DNA of 64,000 nucleotides from Dehalococcoidia bacterium (GTDB taxonomy: Bacteria; Chloroflexota; Dehalococcoidia; Lucifugimonadales; UBA3495). The notes below the pieces were generated by a model. The model was not told where the DNA came from. It was given only the letters and a program-made list of their open reading frames with translations, and searched no databases. Of this stretch, positions 47,856 to 58,089 are shown piece after piece; the stretch's first letter is position 1, and every line of letters begins with the position of its first letter. The translations under genes were made by a program, and so were the position numbers. The stretch covers positions 2,000,178 to 2,064,177 of the forward strand of contig OZ244136.1 of NCBI GenBank assembly GCA_965215975.1. Direction: 5' to 3'.

Positions 47856-48040
47856 TAGCCCTGTTCCTCCTCGTACATAGAGTCAAAAATGTTAAGCGCA
47901 CTAGCCGTCCCCAGCGCACACTTCGGCTTATGCCAGTGCCCCCATTTTCATTAGAGATTAGTATTTTGTCAAGCGATATTGTATAATATTTTATATCCAT
48001 GTATTATATGCCTTAAACCCGTTAGAGGTAACTGGCAATT

Positions 48041-49003
48041 ATGGAATTACGCGAGATTATCAGTTTTTATCATGTGGCCCGTCTGCACAGCGTATCCAAG
48101 GCGGCCCGCAAGCTGGAACTGGGACAGCCTACGGTAACAACTCACCTGCGAAAGCTGGAAGACGAGTTTGGTATTACTCTGTTCGACAGGATCAAGCGTC
48201 CAATCCAGATGACCTCTGAAGGATCCATATTTTTGGAGTTGATAACCCCCATAGTTGAATCGGTGGATACCCTGAAAACCCAGATGGACTATACGGAACG
48301 GCGTGGGTCGCTCCATATAGGGGCCTACCCGGACGTGGTAACTCATCACCTGCCCAGGCCGATCCAGTCTTACCTCGACTTTTACCCCGATGTTCGCCTC
48401 CAGTTGACCGCCCGCCCCTATGCGGGACTGATACAACTGGTGAAGTCCGGGGAACTGGACTTGGCGATTACCTCCCCGCCTCCCACTGACGAGCCCTCTC
48501 TCGAGTTTTTCAAGCTCTTCGATTACAGGGTAGTGCTGCTAACCCCTCCGGGGCACCAGTTGCTGCAGAAACACCCCATCGAACTGGAAGATATCGCCCA
48601 CTGGCCGTTGATTCTTTCGAGTCCCGAGAGTATTACCCGTCGCAACCTGGAACAGTCCTTTAAGGACCACGGCATCCGGTTTGACGTTGTGCTGGGCGTG
48701 GACCACGCCGAGTCGGTCAAGCAGTACGTCGAAATTGGTATGGGAGTCGCCATCGGCAACGACTTTACTCTCCATCCCGAAGACCACAACAAGCTGGGCG
48801 TGGTATCACTGGAGCACATTTTCCCATCGTCGGTGCTGGGCGTGTGTACCTTGAGGGGCAAGTTCCTGGGCCGCGCTGTGCGTAACTTCATGGACACCCT
48901 GGTCAAGCACCTGAGCGACTTCCACGTCCACCTGGACGAGTGGGAAAGCACCCCCCAGGAAATCGCCAACCGGACTGACGACCTGGTGCAGGCGGGCAGG
49001 TAG
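48041..49003 (+). CDS. LysR-family transcriptional regulator
   Basis: N-terminal wHTH (FYHVARLHSVSKAARKLELGQPTVTTHLRKLE) plus a substrate-binding domain. Divergent from the ferredoxin gene across an AT-rich region. Confidence 0.9.
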   Translation: MELREIISFYHVARLHSVSKAARKLELGQPTVTTHLRKLEDEFGITLFDRIKRPIQMTSEGSIFLELITPIVESVDTLKTQMDYTERRGSLHIGAYPDVVTHHLPRPIQSYLDFYPDVRLQLTARPYAGLIQLVKSGELDLAITSPPPTDEPSLEFFKLFDYRVVLLTPPGHQLLQKHPIELEDIAHWPLILSSPESITRRNLEQSFKDHGIRFDVVLGVDHAESVKQYVEIGMGVAIGNDFTLHPEDHNKLGVVSLEHIFPSSVLGVCTLRGKFLGRAVRNFMDTLVKHLSDFHVHLDEWESTPQEIANRTDDLVQAGR

Positions 49004-49050
49004 AAGTCTCGACAGCAATCCCACCCCCAGCAAATCGGGAAAAGACGTTT

Positions 49051-49210
49051 CCCGTCATCCCATTATTGCTCGTCATTCCTGCGAAGCCAGAAATCTCGAC
49101 GTTAACCGCCATTCCGCCTTAACTGTCTTCGAAAGATTAACCGCCACTCCAACAATAACTGCCGTTCCAACTCTAACCGTCATTCCTGCGAAGGCAGGAA
49201 TCTCAGAGCC
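49051..49210. repeat. Cluster of GTCATTCC / TAACCGCC-type short repeats with a terminal perfect hairpin
   Basis: CGTCATTCCTGCGAAG occurs twice. TAACCGCCATTCC-like units occur 4 times. ATTCCTGC-GAAG-GCAGGAAT hairpin at 49182-49201. Confidence 0.6.
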
Positions 49211-49282
49211 AGCAACCGTGCGACTTCCCGCCTTGCCGAAGGGACAGCGCAAGGGCAAACTAAACCGCGGGCCTTGTCCCAA

Positions 49283-49498
49283 CTAGTCCAGGACTGACTC
49301 ATCCACTGGCGCCTCCGCTGGCAGCACCTCTTTTACCCGCCTTTCCAGTTGCGGCCTTGGCAGCATCACGAAGCGGCGGCAGGTCACGCAAACCAGGCCA
49401 ATATCCGCTCCCAGTCGGGTAACCCGCCAGTGGTAGCCACCACAGGGATGCGGTTTCTTGAGCCGCACCTGGTCGCCCACCTTTACTTCTAGGGCCAT
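49283..49498 (-). CDS. DUF951-family small protein
   Basis: VGDQVRLKKPHPCGG..W.V.R.GADI.L.C..C motif pattern. Confidence 0.7.
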   Translation of the reverse strand: MALEVKVGDQVRLKKPHPCGGYHWRVTRLGADIGLVCVTCRRFVMLPRPQLERRVKEVLPAEAPVDESVLD

Positions 49499-50325
49499 CC
49501 CTTTCCCTCATCTTCCAATGTTTGGTTGATCGCTTCGCGCAGCCTGGTAGTTGCCTGCCGCGCCGCCTCGGCGAAGTCCGCCCCTGTCGAGGCATAAATT
49601 ATTCCCCGGGACGAGTTGATAACTGCCCGCCGCCCCCGGCCATCGGTACCATTCCTGACCGAAGCTTCCAGATCGCCGCCCTGCGCCCCTATGCCGGGAA
49701 TCAAGAGAGGAGCATCGGGACAGATGCTTCTTACCGAGGCCAGCTGCTCCGGCACCGTGGCTCCCACCACCAGGCCCACGTTGCCCTTGCCGTTCCAGTC
49801 GAGGGATGTACGGGCCAGGTGCTCGTATACGGGCATCTTACCCTTGGGCGAAACCACCTTGAGGTCCTGCAAGTCTGCGGCGCTGGCATAGGAGCCTCGG
49901 CACCAGATGTAAACCCCTTTTGTCTCATCTTCAAGGAAAGGCTGGATTGTTTCGCCGCCGCCCCAGGGATTGACCGTAACAGCGTCAACACCCCACACCT
50001 CGAACATGGCCCTCGCATAGGCGGCAGCCGAAGGGCCGCCATCCCCCCGCTTGGCATCGGCAATTAGCTGCACTTGAGGGGCCACTTCGCGAATGTGCCG
50101 GACTGTCTGCTCCAGGGCCTGCAGGCCGGGGATGCCCAATGCCTCATAAAAGGAAAGGTTCGGCTTGTACGCGCACACCAGGTCGGCGGTCGCATCTATA
50201 ATGGCCCGGTTGAAGTCCAGCACGTCGGGCACCGACATGCGGGACGGTTCCGGGTCGAGGCCGACGCATACCAGGCTACGGTTGGTCTCGCACGCCTGGT
50301 CAAGTTTTTCCAAAAAGGTAGGCAT
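49489..50325 (-). CDS. pyrF: Orotidine 5'-phosphate decarboxylase (type 2)
   Basis: MPTFLEKLDQACETNRSLVCVGLDP...IADAKRGD... from the ATG at 50325. The 419-aa ORF in the track is an upstream over-extension. Confidence 0.85.
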   Translation of the reverse strand: MPTFLEKLDQACETNRSLVCVGLDPEPSRMSVPDVLDFNRAIIDATADLVCAYKPNLSFYEALGIPGLQALEQTVRHIREVAPQVQLIADAKRGDGGPSAAAYARAMFEVWGVDAVTVNPWGGGETIQPFLEDETKGVYIWCRGSYASAADLQDLKVVSPKGKMPVYEHLARTSLDWNGKGNVGLVVGATVPEQLASVRSICPDAPLLIPGIGAQGGDLEASVRNGTDGRGRRAVINSSRGIIYASTGADFAEAARQATTRLREAINQTLEDEGKGWP

Positions 50326-50472
50326 CGGTTCCCCCCAAGTTCGACATATTATAGTCCCGCGCTCTGTCTCTATGCACATTATGTTCGATACCGTTTGCCA
50401 CGAATGTGTCCGGTTGCTACCATTGGGAATCCAAAAGCTAATGACTTTCATGATGGCTCTGTCGAGGCAGCC

Positions 50473-51165
50473 GTGAAACTGCACCCTTACCTTGAAGAAG
50501 GCTTCTTCCTGACTCGCCTCAACCGCTTTGCCGCACTGGTGGAGGTGGCAGGACGGGAGGAAATGGTGCACGTCGCCAATTCCGGCCGCCTCCGGGAACT
50601 GTTCGTCACCGGGCGCCGGATGCTCTTGGCCCCCGCTCCTGGCGAACACCGCAAGACCCGCTACGACCTGGCCCTGGTGGACTTGGGGCACACCCTCGTC
50701 TCCGCCGACGCCCGTCTGCCAAACACCCTGGTCGCGGAGGCCCTGCACGCAGGAGATCTACCACCCTACGCCGAATATCCGGAAGTGCGTCGGGAGGTAA
50801 CCTGCGGCGACAGCCGGCTGGACCTGATGCTGGAGGGGCCAACGGGCAAGTGCTACCTGGAAACCAAGTCGGTAACCCTGGTGGAGGACAACGGCATGGC
50901 CCTGTTTCCCGATGCGCCCACTACCCGGGGAGTGAAGCACCTGCACACCCTGATACAGGTCGCCGCCGGGGGGCACCGGGCCGGCGCCATCTTCGTGGTT
51001 CAGCGCAGTGACGCCCGTTTCCTTGTACCCCACGATGACGCCGATCCCGAGTTTGGCAGGGCCTTGCGCGAAGCCAGGGCCGCGGGCGTGGAGGTCCGCG
51101 CCTATAGTTGCGCGGTCACACCCGAGGAAATCCGGTTGGCTGAACCAATACCGGTTAACTTGTGA
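50473..51165 (+). CDS. sfsA: Sugar fermentation stimulation protein SfsA (nuclease-fold DNA-binding protein)
   Basis: ...GFFLTRLNRFAALVEVAGREEMVHVANSGRLREL... SfsA N-terminus. GTG at 50473 is the likely start. Confidence 0.8.
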   Translation: MKLHPYLEEGFFLTRLNRFAALVEVAGREEMVHVANSGRLRELFVTGRRMLLAPAPGEHRKTRYDLALVDLGHTLVSADARLPNTLVAEALHAGDLPPYAEYPEVRREVTCGDSRLDLMLEGPTGKCYLETKSVTLVEDNGMALFPDAPTTRGVKHLHTLIQVAAGGHRAGAIFVVQRSDARFLVPHDDADPEFGRALREARAAGVEVRAYSCAVTPEEIRLAEPIPVNL

Positions 51166-51174
51166 GGCCAGGCG

Positions 51175-51891
51175 GTGACTGCCAACAGCGTCCAACATCA
51201 TCCGCCAACCCTGATGGCAGTCTATCAGCTCCTTTATGACGAGTACGGGCCCCGTAACTGGTGGCCCGGCGAAGGACCCTTCGACGTCATAGTGGGTGCC
51301 ATCCTGACCCAGGCCGCGTCGTGGAAGAACGTGGAACTTGCCCTGTCCAACCTCAAAGCGGCGGACTGCTGGTCCTTCAAAGCCATTGACGCCTGCCCTC
51401 CGGCGGAACTGGCCGAAATCGTCCGTCCCTCCGGGTACTTCAATGCCAAAGCCGCCAAGCTCCAGGCCTTCGCCGCCCACGTCCTTCAGCAATACGAGGG
51501 CGATCTGGACCGGATGTTTGCCCTGGATACGGAGCTACTACGGGAGGAACTGCTGTCCATCCACGGCATCGGCCCGGAGACAGCGGACGATATTCTGGTA
51601 TATGCTGCCCTAAAACCCTCCTTCGTCATAGACACTTACACCATCCGAATCCTGGAGCGGCTGGGCATTAAACCTGGTCAAGAGCGGCCAAAGTACGGAC
51701 ACTGGCAGCAATTATTCCATGAGCAATTACCCGCCGAAGTCCAACTGTTCAACGAGTTTCACGCCCTGCTGGATCACCACGCCGGCCAATCCTGCCGGAA
51801 GACGCCAGTCTGCAACGGCTGCTGCCTCCTGGACATCTGTGCTACCGGACAGGCCGCCGAGGCCGCCGATATTGCAAACAGACCAGCGTGA
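51175..51891 (+). CDS. Endonuclease III-related HhH-GPD DNA glycosylase-like protein
   Basis: NWWPGEGPFDVIVGAILTQAASW, HhH region LLSIHGIGPETADDIL, and C-terminal Cys cluster CRKTPVCNGCCLLDIC. Confidence 0.8.
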   Translation: MTANSVQHHPPTLMAVYQLLYDEYGPRNWWPGEGPFDVIVGAILTQAASWKNVELALSNLKAADCWSFKAIDACPPAELAEIVRPSGYFNAKAAKLQAFAAHVLQQYEGDLDRMFALDTELLREELLSIHGIGPETADDILVYAALKPSFVIDTYTIRILERLGIKPGQERPKYGHWQQLFHEQLPAEVQLFNEFHALLDHHAGQSCRKTPVCNGCCLLDICATGQAAEAADIANRPA

Positions 51892-52359
51892 CTCAAGTAA
51901 TAAGAATCACTCAAATGGCGGGCCAATCTTGCCAACAATCATGTCGCCCTGAGCCTGCCGAAGGAGCTACTTTCGCCCCTTTTCAAATACAACATACCTC
52001 AGTCTCAGTCTCAGTTACCACTTTCTTCTCTTAGGATACAGGAGGCTTTTTGGCTGTTGTCCGATTTAATGACGGGAACATGCGACCCAACACACCAACG
52101 TCGGTTTGGCTAGTGGTTGACCTTCCGAGTCGAGCAGCTGTAATAGCGGAAAAATCAGAAAAAGCAAAGCAATGGTGGAATACGCCAAACAATGGGTTGG
52201 GGAAGCTGGTAAGAACATCAGCCCTGGTGAACGACACCAGGTTGAGTCAGGTCAGGCCGAGACTAGCAAACTGACGATATCAGTTAATGTAAGTTAGCGC
52301 GCTTCAGCGGTTGTCCTGTTTCTCTTGCCATGAAACAGTTGTTGAACTCGTCGGGCCCC

Positions 52360-52500
52360 TGGCATTACAACGACGAGTTGAAAGTAGAAGAACAGATTCT
52401 GCCACGCGCTGATTGTGAACGGTTCCCAAGTCAGAATACTCTTCGGCACTCCGACACGAAGCCACAGGCGGCGTTAGTTAAAGCCGACTCTATAATGCTA
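52360..52500. mobile_element. Degenerate copy (C) of the TA-flanked ~150-bp element
   Basis: The left end GCATTACAACGACG shares 12 consecutive nt with copies A and B. The right end CGACTCTATAATGC-TA-G is a weaker match. It abuts the stop codon of the next gene. Confidence 0.4.
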
Positions 52501-53433
52501 GGCCAGCGTCAGGGTAGAGGCGGGAAATAACTCTTCAGGATCGACCTTTTCAGGGATTACCCCTTGTTCGACATTGAATCGAACGAAGGTTTCCAGCGTC
52601 TTGCGGGAACTTTCGAACCCATAAGGGATCGGATCATCCCCCACTACCTCAGCCATTTTCAGCAGGGCCCGGTCCGCCTGGCTCGGATGGTCACCGGAGT
52701 GCAGGCCCTCGATGTAGTGGCTCTTGGCCGTCTTGAACACCTCGAACAACTCTTGCTCAAGGCCGGGATTTGCCTCCAGCCGCGCGTTCTTGACCACCAC
52801 CATATGGCTTATAGGATAAATTCCAGTCTTTTGGTGCCAGGCGTCGTCGGCCGCGTCCGGCTCCGAGAACAGGGGTTGGACATCGGGCGAGTCGACCGGT
52901 CCCGCACCAATTGCGGCGTCTATCTCTCCGGAGAGCAGCATTTCCCCCAGGTCCCCATTGGGGGACGACACCACATTCGGTGGCGCGACGAATTCGGCGA
53001 CGTGTTCATCGCCGGACAAAACCCAGGTTACGGCTTCCAGGTCCACACCGTACTCGGTTTGCAGGATGCCCCGTGTCCAAACCCCGGGAGTAAGCGTGTA
53101 GCTGCGCAGTCCTACCTTCCGCCCTTCCAGGTCTTTGGGTGACGTAATTCCACTGCGCGTATTGTGTACCAGCCCTCCGTGGTAGAAGGCCCGAGTCAAA
53201 AAGACGGGTATTCCAGTAAAAGGCTTCCCGTGGGCGCGGGCGCACATGTACGTCGAAAGGGCCATCTCCGCAACGTCGAACTCCAGACCGCGCACCATGC
53301 GCCGGAAAATGCTGACCACGGGGGACACTTCGATATGTTCCATGCTAAACATCGCCGAGGCGATGGTTCCGTCCTTCAACGGTGTCGTGTGACCGTAGCT
53401 ACCCACGGCTGTCCGCAATACCAAGTCTGTCAT
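52498..53433 (-). CDS. 4,5-dihydroxyphthalate decarboxylase-like / periplasmic-binding-fold protein
   Basis: The pattern ...FDVAEMALSTYMCARAHGKPFTGIPVFLTRAFYHGGL...DLEGRKVGLRSYTLTPGVWTRGIL... resembles the PhtD-like family, from memory. Confidence 0.6.
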   Translation of the reverse strand: MTDLVLRTAVGSYGHTTPLKDGTIASAMFSMEHIEVSPVVSIFRRMVRGLEFDVAEMALSTYMCARAHGKPFTGIPVFLTRAFYHGGLVHNTRSGITSPKDLEGRKVGLRSYTLTPGVWTRGILQTEYGVDLEAVTWVLSGDEHVAEFVAPPNVVSSPNGDLGEMLLSGEIDAAIGAGPVDSPDVQPLFSEPDAADDAWHQKTGIYPISHMVVVKNARLEANPGLEQELFEVFKTAKSHYIEGLHSGDHPSQADRALLKMAEVVGDDPIPYGFESSRKTLETFVRFNVEQGVIPEKVDPEELFPASTLTLA

Positions 53434-53608
53434 TATCTCAATCTCCTGGTCACTGACTCCTGCTGGTCATAGCCCAACAACAAGCTACTCTTGTTTCCGT
53501 CGGTTGGCAACACTCGCCGTGGGGCCGGAGTTCCTTTTAATGAACGCTATCCATCATCCCTGTTTCATTTTGTTGGCCGGTTATGGGCTGGCCCATCCTA
53601 AACCAAAG

Positions 53609-53755
53609 AGCCTGTCTCATAAGTATTTTCGCCAACGACTATCGTACTATTGTGAGGTTAAGAGAGAGCTAACCGACTATTTTGCACAGTAATATGTCCA
53701 AACAATTATCGATCATGCCGATTACAGTTAAGAGCTTTGACTTCTGAGACAGGCT
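53609..53755. mobile_element. 147-bp MITE nested in the left inverted repeat of the IS630-family element
   Basis: Perfect 11-bp terminal inverted repeats AGCCTGTCTCA / TGAGACAGGCT. Flanking 6-bp direct repeat CCAAAG (53603-53608 and 53756-53761). Confidence 0.7.
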
Positions 53756-54904
53756 CCAAAGCCAAGGTGGGATGTGCATTTGCCGGGTGATGGGGATCGG
53801 GTCGGGGGTCTTGCAGGAGTGCTTCGGCCGTTGACTGCAGTACCGTCCGGCAGCGGCGCCTAACCTCGTCTCTCCGGCTGGCCAGACCGGCCAGGAAGTT
53901 GCCGACCCTCTCCTGCACCGCAGCCCTGCTCCCCAGGCAGAGATTGCCGGTGGCCTCCTCTCTGGTCCAGCCCCAGATGGCCTCATCGGCGTTGAAGTCC
54001 GGGCTGTACCCCGGCAGGTTCACCAACCGCAAGCCCAGCCCAGGCGTCCTGAGGTACTCCCGCATCGCCTCGCCACGATGGGCCGGCGCGTTGTCCCAGA
54101 TGACCCGCATCGGCCCCGGATGCCTTTCTCTCAGTTGTTCCAGGAAGGCAACCGAGGTCCCACTGTTGCTGTTGCCCTCCAGTTCCATCCATTCCACCTC
54201 GCCCGTCTCCAGGCACACCGCCGAATAGTAGCTGGCCTTCTCCCCATACCGCGGGCTGGTCGAGTCCACCAAAGCAGGTTTGCCCTTCAGCACCCACTTG
54301 CCCCGCAGTTCCGCATCGGCCCGGAAGTGGGCCTCATCAGCAAAGAATATTCTGGCTTCCTTCCGACCAGCCTACTCCCTCAGAGCGGCGTACTCCGCCA
54401 CGAAAGCCTCCCGCTTCGCCTCGTCCGCCTTGAGCAGGCGTTTCTTGGGACGCTTGAAGGCAAACCCCAGCCGGTGCAGCCAGTTCACACAACTGCTGCG
54501 GCTCAACCCAATGCCGAACCGCTCCCCGGCAAACCGCCGCACCACCTTCCAATACCAGTTGGCCAGATCGATGCCCGAGGCGCCGGGCGGTTCCTGTACC
54601 GCTGCCTTCAACTCCTCCTGCTGCGCTTGATCAAGGGCGGGGGGGAACCACCGGCCTGCTCGAATATCAAGGCTGCAGGTCCTCCCTCTCCGAAGGCCGA
54701 CGCCCATCGTCCTATGGTATGGGGGTCCCTTCCCAGAGTCTGCGCCGTGGCCGCTGCGGTCCAGCCCTGCGCCAGCAGCAGCAAGGCGTACCACCGCTCC
54801 CGCTCCCTGGGTGTGGGCGCCAAAATCATTCGCCGACGCAAGTCCTTGATTTCCATCTGCCACTGTTCCAGACACCGGTCTATCTCCCTCACGCCCATCA
54901 CCAA
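53706..54904 (-). pseudogene. IS630-family DDE transposase, disrupted
   Basis: The HTH part (54608-54904) is in a different frame from the middle part, with the shift at the G7 run 54639-54645. An in-frame TAG at 54372-54374 precedes the DDE_3 part (…VIWDNAPAHRG…NLPGYSPDFNADE…). Confidence 0.8.
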
Positions 54905-54988
54905 CCCCTCCCAACTCCCGACACCAGCTAACCGGGTTCCTTCACAAATTTACCCCTTCCCACTGCGCGCTTCACCTTGGCTTTGGTT

Positions 54989-55138
54989 TAGTATTACAAC
55001 GACGGATCGCAAGAAAGGGATCTTGAGTACCCTTCATAGCAACCTGCCCGCGCGCTCGATAGCTTTGTGGCCTTGCCTTCCGCGAAGCGATATCCAGTCT
55101 AAAACTCACCAAATTGAGGTAGCGTCGTTGTAATACTA
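54989..55138. mobile_element. TA-flanked ~150-bp inverted-repeat element, copy A
   Basis: Termini GTATTACAACGACG / CGTCGTTGTAATAC (14/14) bounded by TA. It lies inside the 3' end of the cache-domain gene. Confidence 0.65.
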
Positions 55139-55951
55139 GAGCGCCGGTATGGTCCGGGTTTGGGGCGGCGGTCTGCGGGTTCCGGAAGACGTAGGAAACC
55201 CACCTGCCCTCGGGCGGAGCGGCCAGCAGATTCGGCCCGAAGTTGTAGCCGTTGGCGTCGGTGCCCAGGCAGCCCTTCAGGTCCAGGCCCCTCAGGTGGG
55301 CTTCGTAGTGGCCGATGACCAGGTCGTTCTCATCGACGATGAAGAGGTGCCACTGGCCGTCCACGCTCTCCTCCCGGTTGTAGTGGGCCAGGGTGGCGGC
55401 GAGCCCGTCGGACTCGTAGCGGCTGATGGCATTTTGGACGAAGAACCTGGTGTAGGCGGCGGGGTCGGACCTGGGAGGAATCCGGGCCACAACGCTTTCC
55501 GCAACACCTTCCGAGATCCGCTGGATCTCTTCCTGGCTTGGACCTGCTTCCGGAACGCCGGCGATGTAGTCCAGGACGATCTGCTGGACCTGGGCCCTGG
55601 TGAGGCCCGGCTGCGAGTTCTGCAATTCCGGCGGTTCCGGAAGTTCTGACAGCGCTTCCTGGATTATTTCCTGGACCTGGGCGTTGGTCAGACCGGACTC
55701 GGTTTCGGAGGTGGAGGCAATGGCCTGCTGGATGGTCTCGCTGATCTCAGTGCGGGACGGCCTGGGTGAGGGCGGAGTCCTCCCCGGTGCAGGCTGCGGT
55801 CAGCACCGTGAGCAGGATGATGAGGACGGCGAAAGCTGCCTTCCGCCAGTTGGGATAGATCATGGGCGTTGTCCTTTGGGTTTGTTGTTGCTGAGCTGCG
55901 GCTCATGGTTGCCGGCTGTGGAACTGAATGGAACTGACGGGCAGAGATCTG

Positions 55952-57995
55952 CTACAGACCGCCAGGAGCATTTACCAGGTGGCTTAGATCATCAGCCACT
56001 CCGTCGTGGGTTAGGACCGCATCGTGGACGGAGCCGGCAACGATGGCACCGCCGTTCAGGGTCAGTTGGTTGGCATTGATTGCGATGCCGTCCGCATCGT
56101 TGTCACCCGCCTGGACGGTGTAACCGAACATTACCGCAGCGCCGCTGGTGCTGCGGTACTCCGCGGTCCGGGCGGTGCCGCCGATGTCCAGTTCCAGTTG
56201 CGGGGCGCCGGTGACGCTCACGTCCTCGCTGAAGGTGACGGTCGCCTGGACGGTATCCCCTGCAACGTAGGTGTCATCGTCTCCGGGATTGGAGGTGAGG
56301 GCGACGTCGGAGATGGTCGGCGCGGTCACGTCGGGCGGTGCCAGTTGACCGTTCACCTTGTGGTCGGGGTCCTCCCCCATGGTGACGGCTCCATAGTAGG
56401 GGTCGGGAACGTAGCTGATGTCGGTCCCGGCGGCCTTGATGTCCTGGGTGTAGGACATCAAGGCGTCTATGCCGTTTTCGTCCAGGTCATCCTCCACCAC
56501 CGTGTACTCGAATACCAGGGTGTCGGTGCCGTTGCCCGAGACGAAGGGGATATGTCGCTGGTCGATGGTGGACCCTATGCGGAGGGTCAGGAAAGTGACT
56601 GGGCCCGCGGTGACGTCCTGGCCGAAGTTCACGCTGGGCCGGATGACCTCGCCCCGTCCGTAGGTATCCTCCGCCGCCACCGGGGTGGAGAGGATGCGGA
56701 TTTCCTTCGGGTAGGGCCGTCCGTCCAGCTTGTGGCCCGACTGGTTGAACAGCCCGGTGAACTTTGCCGGTACCAAGATGTCGGTGCCCTTGACCTTGAT
56801 GGTGCCAGGGCCGCCCCAGCCCTTCCGGACGTCGTCCTCGACGTAGCTTCTCTGGATGGTGATGCCGTCCTGGTCCAGGTCCCTGGACTGGACGGTATAT
56901 CCGAACATCAGGGTGGTTGGTGCCGGTGCCGGATTGGTACCAGACGCCGCGCCACCAGTCGTCGTCTCCGTCGCCGACCCGTGCGTTCAGGTGCTTGAGG
57001 CCGTTAACTTTGACTTCGGCGCTTAGGGTGAGGGCGACCAGAATGGTCTCGCCGTAGCGGTATTTGACGCCGTCCTCTGGCTCGGAGATGATCTCCATGC
57101 CGGTGCCGATGGGGGTCAGGCTGCCGTTAACCTTGTGGTCGGGCTGATTGTCGATGCCGTCATAGGCCTGGTAGGCAATGATCGGGGTTCCCGCAGCCGT
57201 GACGGCGTCATGGTTCAGGAAGTTGAACCAGTTACTTAATATGCCCTTGTCGACGCCGGGTATTTTGATGCCGTTCCAGTCTCTTTCCCCGGACTGGACG
57301 GTGTAGCCGAATACAAGGGTGTCGGAGCCGGAGCCCCGCAGGTAGTAGGCGATCCACCAGTTGCTGCCGATCTGGATTCCCAGGCCGGGGTTGTCTTCCA
57401 CTTCCACGCTGGTGTTGACGTCCACGCTGGTGCTGAAGGTGGCTTCAATCTCAATGGTTTCCCCAACGCCGTAGGTGTTGTTGTCGCGGGCCGGTTCGGA
57501 GATTATCTCGAGGCCGGTGATGTTGGGGTCGTTGTCGAGGATGGTGATCTCGCACCTGTTGTCCCGGGCTGGGTCGTCTTGGTCCACCACGTTGTCGGTG
57601 GGGGTGAAGCGGACCGTGAAGGTCTCGTTGCCCTCCAGGAGAGCATCATCCAGGGTGCTGAAGGTGCGCTTGGCCCGGTTGGCCTCGCTCTCGGAGTCGT
57701 TGGCCACGATTTGGCCAGAATCCTGGGCGACGTAGTCGTCGGCGCCGGCGGTGCCGGCGTCGGTGTGCCAGTTGGCGGAGAAGGTGTTGTCGTGCTGGTG
57801 GTCGCTGACCCGGACCAGGTAGACGTCAAAGTCCTCGCCCTCACGGACCTCAGTGGTCGGGCATTCCAGGTAGAACTCGGCGGTGTCGGCGCTGGCCGGG
57901 GCCGGTTGCAGCAGGGCAGTCAGGCCGATTAGCCCCATCAGTCCAGCCAGGGTGGCCAGAGCAAGTATTCCAGGTGCTCGGGTTCGTTTTTTCAT
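55952..57995 (-). pseudogene. Secreted Calx-beta / repeat-domain surface protein, frameshifted
   Basis: Signal peptide MKKRTRAPGILALATLAGLMGL..., a Calx-beta-like domain, then four repeats ending ...TLVFGYTVQ... The reading frame switches at 56909-56918 (C-run). Removing one C restores GTGTNHLMFGYTVQ. Confidence 0.7.
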
Positions 57996-58089
57996 CGTAT
58001 TCCTCCTGTGATCCGATTGAGCCCTCTTGATGGGGGCTTATTGGGGGTCATGCCGGTTTAGCGTGCAGGTGACGTCTGAGGCGGTGGAC

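Larger units (their letters stand above)
53601..54988 (-). mobile_element. IS630-family insertion sequence (carrying a nested MITE)
   Basis: Perfect 16-bp terminal inverted repeats AACCAAAGCCAAGGTG. The left one is split by the nested element. TA lies on both flanks (53599-53600, 54989-54990). Confidence 0.85.
53581..55863 (-). pseudogene. Cache-like-domain lipoprotein gene, frameshifted near the 5' end and with its last 5 codons displaced by nested insertions
   Basis: The lipoprotein leader MIYPNWRKAAFAVLIILLTVLTAAC (ATG 55863) is in a different frame from the body (…YTRFFVQNAISRYESDG…WHLFIVDENDLVIGHY…). After removing the inserts, the frame ends ...NPDHTGALGWASP-stop at 53581. Confidence 0.65.

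Noticed and set aside
49489-51165. Over-long ORF calls: 419-aa pyrF and 363-aa sfsA
   Set aside because: The N-terminal extensions overlap each other on opposite strands and lack family similarity. The conserved N-termini begin at the ATG at 50325 (pyrF) and near the GTG at 50473 (sfsA).
54989-55138. Integron attC-site interpretation of the ~150-bp elements with conserved ends and variable interiors
   Set aside because: The termini do not fit the RYYYAAC / GTTRRRY cores. No intI integrase or cassette ORFs are adjacent. The TA flanks fit Tc1/IS630-type MITEs better.
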